Positions 38,730 through 45,771 of a DNA stretch of 45,771 nucleotides are shown one piece after another (the stretch's first letter is position 1; the number at the start of each line of letters is the position of its first letter). The notes under the pieces are model-generated. The model did no database searches and was not told the origin of the DNA. It saw only the letters and a program-made list of their open reading frames with translations. The position numbers were made by a program, and so were the translations under genes. The stretch comes from Pirellulaceae bacterium (GTDB lineage Bacteria > Planctomycetota > Planctomycetia > Pirellulales > Pirellulaceae): the NCBI GenBank assembly GCA_044238045.1, contig JBIIEC010000001.1, positions 1 through 45,771 of the forward strand. Direction: 5' to 3'.

Positions 38730-40685
38730 ATGAGTGGTTCATCCTCCCAGATCTCGTCGGTGATGCACGAGGGTCGGGTCTTTCCGCCCACGGCCGAGTT
38801 TGTGTCGAAGGCCAGCATCGCGTCGCCGGAGCAGTATCAGGCGTTGTGGGATCGCGCGGCGGCCGATCCGGAAGCGTTCTGGGGCGAACTCGCCCGGCAG
38901 GAGCTGCACTGGTTCAAGCCGTTCGAGCAGGTGCTGCGCTGGAACGAACCGTTCGCGGAGTGGTTCGTGGGGGGGCAGACGAACGCGTCGTATAACTGCT
39001 TGGATGCGCATCTGGCGGCCGGACATGGCGATCGCGTGGCGATTGTGTTCGAGGGCGAGCCGGGCGACCAGCGGACGTTGACCTATGGCGACCTGCACCG
39101 CGAGGTCTGTCGTTTCGCGAACGTGCTCAAGGCACGCGGCATCCGCCAGGGCGATGTGGTGAGCATCTACATGCCGCTGGTGCCGGAGCTGGTGATTGCG
39201 ATGCTCGCTTGTGCCCGCGTCGGCGCCACGCATTCGGTGATCTTCGCCGGGTTCTCGGCGGAGGCGATCGCCGACCGCAACCAGGACGCGCGAGCGAAGA
39301 TGCAGATCACGGCCGATGGCGGCTGGCGGCGCGGCAAGGAACTGATGCTCAAGGATACGGTCGACCAGGCGCTCGCGAAGTCGCCAACGGTGGAATCGTG
39401 CATCGTGCTGCGGCGACTCGGTAACCCCGTGAACATGCAGGCCGGTCGCGACTACTGGTGGCATGAACTGGTGGCGGAGGCCAGTGATGACTGCCCGGCC
39501 GAACCGGTCGACAGCGAGAACACGCTCTTCATTCTCTATACAAGCGGTTCGACGGGGAAGCCGAAGGGGATCCGCCACACGACGGCCGGCTATTCGCTCT
39601 ATGTGAAGAAAACCTTCCAGTGGGTCTTTGACCACAAGGAAGACGACCTCTACTGGTGCACGGCGGACTGCGGCTGGGTGACGGGCCACAGCTATGTGGT
39701 CTACGGTCCGCTTGCCGCGGGCGCGAAGGTCATGCTGTACGAGGGCGCTCCGAACTTTCCCGCGGAGGATCGTTTCTGGGACATCATCGAGCGGCATCGC
39801 GTGAACATCCTGTATACGGCTCCCACCGCCATTCGTGCGTTCATCAAGTGGGGCGACCACCATGTGGAGAAGCACGACCTGTCGAGTCTGCGGTTGCTGG
39901 GGACGGTCGGCGAGGGGATCAATCCCGAGGCCTGGATGTGGTACCACCGCAAGATCGGCAACGAGCGTTGTCCGATCGTTGACACGTGGTGGCAGACGGA
40001 GACGGGCGGCATCATGATGTCGCCGGTGCCCGGCGCGATTCCGACCAAGCCCGGCAGTTGCACGAAGCCGATGCCGGGCATCATCCCGGATATCGTGGAC
40101 GAGCAGGGGCAGTCGGTGGGGACCAACCAGGGTGGCTGGCTGGTGATCAACAAGCCCTGGCCCGGGATGCTGCGCGGCATCTGGGGCGACGATGCCCGTT
40201 TCAAGGACCAGTACTGGAGCAAGGTGCCGAATCGGTACCTGGCGGGCGACAACGCGCGGCGCGACGCCGACGGATACTACTGGATCATGGGGCGCATCGA
40301 CGACGTGCTCAACGTGTCGGGGCATCGCTTGAGCACGATCGAGATCGAGAGTGCGCTGGTGAGCCACCCGGCCGTGGCGGAGGCGGCGGCGGTGGGGCGG
40401 CCGGACGACCTGAAGGGCGAGGCCGTGGCCGTCTTCGTGACGCTCAAGGGAGTCGAGCCCTCGGAGGCGTTGCGCGACGAGTTGAAGAAGCATGTGCGCA
40501 AGGAAATCGGCGCGCTGGCGCAGCCGGATGATGTACGCTTCACGGGTGCCCTGCCGAAGACTCGCAGCGGCAAAATCATGCGCCGGCTGCTGCGCGATAT
40601 CGCGGCCGGCCGCGCGACCAGCGGGGACACGACGACGCTGGAGGACTACTCGGTGCTCGCCAGCCTGCGGACGGACGAGGACTGA
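38730..40685 (+). CDS. acs: Acetyl-coenzyme A synthetase (AMP-forming)
   Basis: 651 aa. [17 protein letters not shown]-binding motif, WWQTETGG, and [14 protein letters not shown] carrying the acetylatable Lys context. Confidence 0.96.
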   Translation: MSGSSSQISSVMHEGRVFPPTAEFVSKASIASPEQYQALWDRAAADPEAFWGELARQELHWFKPFEQVLRWNEPFAEWFVGGQTNASYNCLDAHLAAGHGDRVAIVFEGEPGDQRTLTYGDLHREVCRFANVLKARGIRQGDVVSIYMPLVPELVIAMLACARVGATHSVIFAGFSAEAIADRNQDARAKMQITADGGWRRGKELMLKDTVDQALAKSPTVESCIVLRRLGNPVNMQAGRDYWWHELVAEASDDCPAEPVDSENTLFILYTSGSTGKPKGIRHTTAGYSLYVKKTFQWVFDHKEDDLYWCTADCGWVTGHSYVVYGPLAAGAKVMLYEGAPNFPAEDRFWDIIERHRVNILYTAPTAIRAFIKWGDHHVEKHDLSSLRLLGTVGEGINPEAWMWYHRKIGNERCPIVDTWWQTETGGIMMSPVPGAIPTKPGSCTKPMPGIIPDIVDEQGQSVGTNQGGWLVINKPWPGMLRGIWGDDARFKDQYWSKVPNRYLAGDNARRDADGYYWIMGRIDDVLNVSGHRLSTIEIESALVSHPAVAEAAAVGRPDDLKGEAVAVFVTLKGVEPSEALRDELKKHVRKEIGALAQPDDVRFTGALPKTRSGKIMRRLLRDIAAGRATSGDTTTLEDYSVLASLRTDED

Positions 40686-40702
40686 TTGGTGCGCGATTGT
40701 TT

Positions 40703-40728
40703 TCCGGCGGGGGTTGTACTCCGCCGGA
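40703..40728 (+). terminator. Stem-loop just after acs (possible terminator, no U-tract)
   Basis: 8-bp perfect stem tccggcgg / ccgccgga with a 10-nt loop, 18 nt after the acs stop. No T-run follows. Confidence 0.3.
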
Positions 40729-40769
40729 TCGTCTCCGAGTGAATCGCATCCGGGAAGCATGAATCCGCC

Positions 40770-41750
40770 ATGCACGACGAGGGCTCCAGTGCCGCCGGCG
40801 AGACGCCGACGCCGAGGCTGACGAATCGGGGGCGGCAGGACGCCGTGCCGTTCGTGGCAGGCCAGCTTCGCCAGCGGATTCGCGAGGTCTCGGAACGGGC
40901 GCTGGCCAGTGGCCATCTCCAGCCGCTGCGGACCTGGGGCACGAATTGTCACGACGGCGACGCCGATTTCGCGATCCGCGTCATCGACTCCCTGGCGAAG
41001 AAGCCGCGTCGAGTTCCCGCCGATCCTTCGGCCGATGCATCTGCCTGCTCGCCCCGCAATCCGTTCCTGCCGTACGAATCCTCGCTGTATGTCTCGGACA
41101 TCACCGACGACTACGTCGGCGTGCTCAATAAGTACAAGGTGGTGGACGAGCATCTGTTGCTGGTGACCAAGGACTTCGTGCCGCAGACCCAGGCCCTGGG
41201 GATCGTCGACTTTCTCGCGCTGGCGCGTTGCCTGCGGGAGTTCGATTCGCTCGGGTTCTACAACGCGGGGATGCTGGCGGGAGCCAGCCAGCCGCATCGC
41301 CATCTGCAGTTGGTGCCGCTGCCGCTCGACCCCGACGGCACGCCGGTGCCGTTCTGGCCTCGCCTCGCCTGGCATTCGCTGCCGGTGGGCCAGTGTGCCC
41401 AGGCTCCGGGACTGCCGTTCCGCCATGAACTGGTTCGGCTCGATGTCACGTCCACCGACGCGTCTCCCGAAGCACTCGCCGAGGACTTGTTGCGAGCCTA
41501 CCAGCGGTGCGTCGTGGCCTGCGGTTGGAATGAGCCGAACGCGGACACGCCTTACAACCTGCTGGCGACGCGCGACTGGTTGCTGTTCGTGCCGCGTTGC
41601 CGCGAGCGTGCCGTGGGGATCTCGCTCAACGCCATGGCTTTCGTCGGAGGGATCCTGGTCGGCGACCGCGCGCAGCTGGATCAGTTGAAGGAGTTTGGCT
41701 GCATGCGGGCTCTTTGTGAAACGGCCGGCGTGTGCGCCGGGAAGTCCTAG
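40770..41750 (+). CDS. ATP adenylyltransferase / Ap4A phosphorylase-like protein (APA1/2, GalT-HIT superfamily)
   Basis: NPFLPYESSLYVSDITDDYVGVLNKYKVVDEHLLLVTKDFVPQTQ and NAGMLAGASQPHRHLQLVPLP, matching the histidine motif of Ap4A phosphorylases. Confidence 0.8.
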   Translation: MHDEGSSAAGETPTPRLTNRGRQDAVPFVAGQLRQRIREVSERALASGHLQPLRTWGTNCHDGDADFAIRVIDSLAKKPRRVPADPSADASACSPRNPFLPYESSLYVSDITDDYVGVLNKYKVVDEHLLLVTKDFVPQTQALGIVDFLALARCLREFDSLGFYNAGMLAGASQPHRHLQLVPLPLDPDGTPVPFWPRLAWHSLPVGQCAQAPGLPFRHELVRLDVTSTDASPEALAEDLLRAYQRCVVACGWNEPNADTPYNLLATRDWLLFVPRCRERAVGISLNAMAFVGGILVGDRAQLDQLKEFGCMRALCETAGVCAGKS

Positions 41751-41848
41751 ATGGTGTGGCGGCGCGGAGCGTTCCGCGGCGCAGACGAATTCCCGCCTGG
41801 CGGGAGAGGCTTGGGTCCGCGGTGGTTTGGGGAGAAGGGGACTGGTTC

Positions 41849-43252
41849 ATGGCCAAGTTGCATTTTCTGGGGGCGAATCGGCAGGTGACGGGATCGCGGT
41901 ACTGCCTGGAGACGCGACGCTCACGCGTGATGGTGGACTGCGGCATGTTCCAGGAGCGTCCGTTCGAGTCACGCAACTGGGAAGACACCGCGATTCCTCC
42001 GGCGTCGATTGACGCGATGGTGCTGACGCACGCGCACATCGATCACTGCGGGCTGATCCCGCGACTGGTTCGCAACGGTTTTCAGGCTCCCATTCACTGC
42101 ACGCCGCCGACCGCGGAATTGACCGAGGTGATGCTTCGTGACGCCGCGCACATCCAGGGCGAGGACGTCGAGTACAAGATCAAGCGTCATCGCAAGGAAG
42201 GACGAGTGGACGTGAAGGAACCGCAACCGCTGTTCGACGACCGCGACGTGGATCGCACGATTCCGCTGCTGCAGTCGGCGGCCTACGATCGTCGCGTCGA
42301 GGTGACCAAGGACATTTCGGTGACCTTCCGCGAAGCGGGCCATATCCTGGGTTCGGCCATGCTGGACTTCGAGATCGTCGAGGACGAGCGAACGCTGCGA
42401 GTCGTGTTTTCCGGGGATATCGGGCAGCGCGGCAAGCCCATCCTGCAGGATCCGACGCAGTTCAGCGCGGCCGACTACGTGGTGATGGAGTCCACGTATG
42501 GCGATCGCGACCATGAACAGGCGGGGGACATCCTCGGACAGCTCGAACGCGTCATCCAGTCAACGCTGTCCGCCGGCGGCAATGTGGTGATCCCGACGTT
42601 CGCCGTCGAGCGGGCGCAGGAACTGCTCTACTTCCTCAGCCAACTGGTGCACGCCCAGCGGATCCCGCTCGTGCCGGTTTACGTGGACAGCCCGATGGCC
42701 GCGGATGTGACGAACATCTTCCAGCGGCATCGCGATCGGTTTGACGAGGACATGTGGAAGCGCATCCAGCAGTCGGTGCCGCCGCTGGATTTCCCGGGAC
42801 TCGTTTTCTCGCGGACCACGGAGGAATCGAAGGCCATCAACGGCGATCGCCGGCCGGCGATCATCCTGTCGACGGCGGGCATGTGCAACGCCGGACGCAT
42901 TAAGCATCACCTGCGGCAGAACCTGCCGAACCCGCGATCGACGATCCTCTTCGTGGGGTTCCAGGCACAAGGCACGCTCGGTCGCCAGATCCTGGACGGC
43001 AAGCCCGAAGTGCGGATCCACAATCGGATGTGCCCGGTGCGGGCGAAGGTGGACAAGATCTATGGGTTCTCCGGCCATGCCGATCGGGCCGGATTGCTGC
43101 ACTGGGCCAGCGGTTTCGAGAAGCCGCCACGGCGGGTCTTCCTGACGCACGGCGAAGAGTCGGCTGCCGAATCGCTGGCCGCCGAACTGCGCGCCGTGCA
43201 CCAGTGGGATGTGCTCATTCCACACTACGCCTCGACCACGGACCTGCGCTGA
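41849..43252 (+). CDS. MBL-fold beta-CASP family RNA-metabolising hydrolase (COG1236/Ysh1-like)
   Basis: From the ATG at 41849: MAKLHFLGANRQVTGSRY..., LTHAHIDHCG, ESTYGDRDH, a beta-CASP region and GFSGHAD. Gives 467 aa. Confidence 0.88.
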   Translation: MAKLHFLGANRQVTGSRYCLETRRSRVMVDCGMFQERPFESRNWEDTAIPPASIDAMVLTHAHIDHCGLIPRLVRNGFQAPIHCTPPTAELTEVMLRDAAHIQGEDVEYKIKRHRKEGRVDVKEPQPLFDDRDVDRTIPLLQSAAYDRRVEVTKDISVTFREAGHILGSAMLDFEIVEDERTLRVVFSGDIGQRGKPILQDPTQFSAADYVVMESTYGDRDHEQAGDILGQLERVIQSTLSAGGNVVIPTFAVERAQELLYFLSQLVHAQRIPLVPVYVDSPMAADVTNIFQRHRDRFDEDMWKRIQQSVPPLDFPGLVFSRTTEESKAINGDRRPAIILSTAGMCNAGRIKHHLRQNLPNPRSTILFVGFQAQGTLGRQILDGKPEVRIHNRMCPVRAKVDKIYGFSGHADRAGLLHWASGFEKPPRRVFLTHGEESAAESLAAELRAVHQWDVLIPHYASTTDLR

Positions 43253-43302
43253 ACGGGACCTGCGCAGAATGGGACCTGCGCAGAATGGGACCTGCGCAGA
43301 AT
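43239..43302. repeat. 16-bp tandem repeat: 3 perfect copies (gggacctgcgcagaat) plus a degenerate copy spanning the upstream stop codon
   Basis: Perfect copies at 43255-43270, 43271-43286 and 43287-43302. A 13/16 copy at 43239-43254 covers the last codons and TGA of the beta-CASP gene. Confidence 0.9.
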
Positions 43303-43330
43303 GGCGAGGGGTGCAGGCCCCGTTGGTTTG

Positions 43331-44329
43331 CTAAAACCCGTCGCCGTCGAGCAGGTTGCCGAGGCCTCCCAGGAGGGATCCTTCGTCGACGCGACCGCCG
43401 CGAGCCGGCATGGCGTTCAGCATGCGGCCCGCCAGTCGTGAAAAGGGCAGGGACTGCAGCCAGATGTGGCCGGGGCCGGTGAGGTTGGCCAGGAACAGGC
43501 CCTCTCCGCCGAACAGAATCGACTTCACGCCGCCGACCTGCTGCAGGTCAAAGTCCACCGTGTCCGTGAACGCAACGAGGCAGCCCGTGTCGACCTGCAG
43601 GCTCTCGCCGGGCCCCAGTTGCTGTTCGCGAATCGTGCCGCCCGCGTGCAGGAAGATGAGGCCGTCGCCTTCCAGTTTCTGCATGATGAAGCCTTCGCCG
43701 CCGAACAGGCCGGTGAGGATTTTTCGCTGGAAGAAGATGCCGATCTGCACGCCCTTGGCGGCGCACAGGAAACTGTCCTTCTGCGAGATGATGCGACCGT
43801 GGAAGTGCGCGAGTGTCAGGGGGATGATCGTGCCCGGGTACGGCGCCGCGAAGCCGACCTTGGCCTTGCCGTGGCTCCCTCCATGCGTGAACACCGTGGT
43901 GAAAAGACTCTCGCCCGTGACCAGGCGTTTGCCGGCGCCGACGAGTTTGTCGAGGAACCCCCCGGATCGCGACTTGTGCGAGCCGTCGCCAAAAATGGTT
44001 TCCATTTCGACGACCGAGTCCTTGAACATCATGGCGCCCGCTTCGGCCACCGCGCTCTCGCCTGGATCGAGTTCGATCTCCACGTACTGCATGTCCTCGC
44101 CGAAAATCTTGAAGTCGATTTCGTCCGAGATGCGGCTGCTGGTCGGTGGCGGACCTGCGGACCGCTTGGATCCGCCACTCAACTCGGCCACCTTCGCGAT
44201 CGGCATCCACTCGGCAAATCCCTCTCGCCAGCAGAGGCCCTTCGGATTGACGCGCGCTCGCAGGATCGCCTGTTCGGCGTCCAGGGGACCGATCTGCTGG
44301 CCGTCGTAGCTGAGGTACCACTGGTGCAT
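43331..44329 (-). CDS. GYF_2 (DUF4339) domain fused to an AIM24/TIGR00266 family domain
   Basis: From the ATG at 44329: MHQWYLSYDGQQIGPLDAEQA...GLCWREGFAEWMPIAKVAEL (GYF_2). This is followed by an AIM24-type body (MQYVEIELDPGESAVAEAGAMM..., GEGFIMQKLEGDGLIFLHAGG, GGEGLFLANLTGPGHIWLQSLP). Confidence 0.82.
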   Translation of the reverse strand: MHQWYLSYDGQQIGPLDAEQAILRARVNPKGLCWREGFAEWMPIAKVAELSGGSKRSAGPPPTSSRISDEIDFKIFGEDMQYVEIELDPGESAVAEAGAMMFKDSVVEMETIFGDGSHKSRSGGFLDKLVGAGKRLVTGESLFTTVFTHGGSHGKAKVGFAAPYPGTIIPLTLAHFHGRIISQKDSFLCAAKGVQIGIFFQRKILTGLFGGEGFIMQKLEGDGLIFLHAGGTIREQQLGPGESLQVDTGCLVAFTDTVDFDLQQVGGVKSILFGGEGLFLANLTGPGHIWLQSLPFSRLAGRMLNAMPARGGRVDEGSLLGGLGNLLDGDGF

Positions 44330-44668
44330 TGGGGGCTCCTGAAGCGGTGGCGGTGGGCGTGGGAGCAGGTTCGCGCGGGAACGGGAAGGACGGGGACGCG
44401 ACCGTGGTTGCACGCCTCCGGCACGAATGCTCGTCGCGGCCGGGAGTATACCAGTCGGCCATGCGATCGTGTCCCGTCAGGATGGTGCGGACAGGGCGGT
44501 CGCCCGGATGGGGAAACGGCCCGCTTTTGCGTGTTTTCGCGGCGGTGCGCGCGGGGCGGCCCGGTGAAAATGGGGGGCTGAACGATTGAATCGGTCCCCG
44601 TGAAGCGGTTAAACTACGAGGCCGCGGGAGAGGCTGGCTCCTCGCGATGCGCCGTGATACCCCGGTCT

Positions 44669-44703
44669 CCCAGCACACAGCAACCCAGCACACAGCAATC
44701 CAG
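44669..44703. repeat. 15-bp tandem repeat, 2.3 copies (cccagcacacagcaa)
   Basis: Identical copies at 44669-44683 and 44684-44698, with a partial copy at 44699-44703. About 95 nt upstream of the DUF1080-ThuA gene start. Confidence 0.88.
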
Positions 44704-44793
44704 TCCCCACCAGACGAACGATGCGGCCCGATTCCCCAGGGGCCGACTCACTCGCTCCTGCCCAACCTTCGCCCGCCTTTGGAGTTCTTTCAG

Positions 44794-45771
44794 ATGCCTT
44801 CTCTACGATTGTCAGGACCTTCGCGCCTTCTCGCTGGTCTCTTCTGGATGTTCGCCTTGCTGCTGGGATGGCAGTGGAGCGGCGCGACCGCGTTGGCGGA
44901 GGACGGGTTTCAGTCGATCTTTGACGGCAAGTCGCTGGATGGCTGGGACGGCAACCCCAAGTTTTGGCGAGTCGAGGACGGCACGATCACGGGCCAGACC
45001 ACGGCCCAGAATCCGACGGAGGGAAATACGTTCCTGATCTGGCGCAAGGGGGAGGTCGGCGACTTCGAACTGCGAGCCAAGTTTCGCATCATGGGCGGGA
45101 ACTCCGGCATCCAGTATCGCAGCAAGGAGATGGGCCGTTGGGTGATCGGCGGCTACCAAGCCGACATCGACGCCACGGGGCGGTACATGGGGATCCTGTA
45201 CGAGGAGCGTGGTCGTGGGATCCTGGCCGAGCGCGGGCAGGATGTGAAGATCCAGGCCGATGGCCAGATCCGCCCCCAGGGCAGCGGGCGAGATGCTCAA
45301 GCCATCCTCGATGCGGTGAAGAACGAGGAGTGGAACGAGTATACGATTCGCGCCGAGGGCAACCATCTGGTGCAGTCGATCAACGGCAAGGTGACGGTGG
45401 ATGTGACGGACGAACAGGCGTCCGCTCGCGCGATGAAGGGTCTGCTCGCGCTGCAGCTGCACGCCGGTCCGCCGATGATCGTCCAGTTCAAGGATGTCCA
45501 GCTGAAGCAGCTGGTCGCGGGCGACAAGTCGACGCGGGCTCCGGCGGCGAAGAAGAAGATCGTCTTCCTGCCCGGCGGCCCCAGCCATGACTATGGTTCG
45601 CACGAACACAACGCGGGGTGCATGCTGTTGGCGCATTACCTGCGAGACAACCTGCCCGGGTACGAAGCGGACGTGCATCGCGAGGGCTGGCCGGCCGAGG
45701 GGCTGGCAGCGTTCGAAGGCGCGGACGCGGTGGTGGTGTACTGTGACGGAGGCGGCGGGCACCTGCTGCTG
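44794..45771 (+). CDS. Secreted DUF1080 (3-keto-disaccharide hydrolase-like) domain fused to a ThuA-like domain; partial, runs off the right edge
   Basis: Not in the supplied track because no stop codon falls in the window. My translation from the ATG at 44794: MPSLRLSGPSRLLAGLFWMFALLLGWQWSGATALAEDGFQSIFDGKSLDGWDGNPKFWRVEDGTITGQ...NSGIQYRS...LALQLHAGPPMIVQFKDVQLKQL, then KKKIVFLPGGPSHDYGSHEHNAG...VVVYCDGGGGHLLL. The 316-aa minus-strand track ORF here is its antisense shadow. Confidence 0.85.
   Translation, partial: MPSLRLSGPSRLLAGLFWMFALLLGWQWSGATALAEDGFQSIFDGKSLDGWDGNPKFWRVEDGTITGQTTAQNPTEGNTFLIWRKGEVGDFELRAKFRIMGGNSGIQYRSKEMGRWVIGGYQADIDATGRYMGILYEERGRGILAERGQDVKIQADGQIRPQGSGRDAQAILDAVKNEEWNEYTIRAEGNHLVQSINGKVTVDVTDEQASARAMKGLLALQLHAGPPMIVQFKDVQLKQLVAGDKSTRAPAAKKKIVFLPGGPSHDYGSHEHNAGCMLLAHYLRDNLPGYEADVHREGWPAEGLAAFEGADAVVVYCDGGGGHLLL

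Overview
This is a 45.8-kb, high-GC, gene-dense chromosomal segment. It reads as core housekeeping DNA of a Planctomycetota-type genome. That placement is an inference from four things: a PEP-CTERM protein, a DUF1080-ThuA fusion, a secreted protein with an LE-R-L-type leader and dockerin-like repeats, and an orphan mraZ.

I can support 32 protein-coding genes (one truncated by the right edge), one tRNA-Pro(UGG), several intrinsic-terminator hairpins and one sigma70-like promoter. The recognisable genes are:
- parAB, ahcY, trpF, mraZ, pyrG, kdsB, glmS and uvrC
- two phosphohexomutases
- a codirectional M20 peptidase-serS-pfkA-glgP-ppk2 block
- clpS, mtaB, acs, an Ap4A-phosphorylase-like gene and a beta-CASP MBL nuclease

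Most of the very long ORFs in the supplied track are antisense shadows or 5' over-extensions of these genes. I found no CRISPR array, transposase, integrase, or recognisable defence or toxin-antitoxin module.

I did not find a convincing new multi-gene system. The unusual signals are mostly non-coding:
- A near-perfect 134-bp tandem duplication with parS-like 16-mers upstream of parA.
- A 30-bp long-range stem enclosing 94 nt downstream of the orphan mraZ.
- GTGGGTTG boxes upstream of mraZ.
- A low-GC patch (PEP-CTERM gene plus about 760 nt of unassigned DNA) abutting the 3' end of tRNA-Pro.
- A recurring set of short perfect tandem repeats (12 to 21 bp units) at gene boundaries.

Motif coordinates located by hand may be off by 1-2 nt. 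CDS starts chosen inside track ORFs are inferences from family-typical N-termini.
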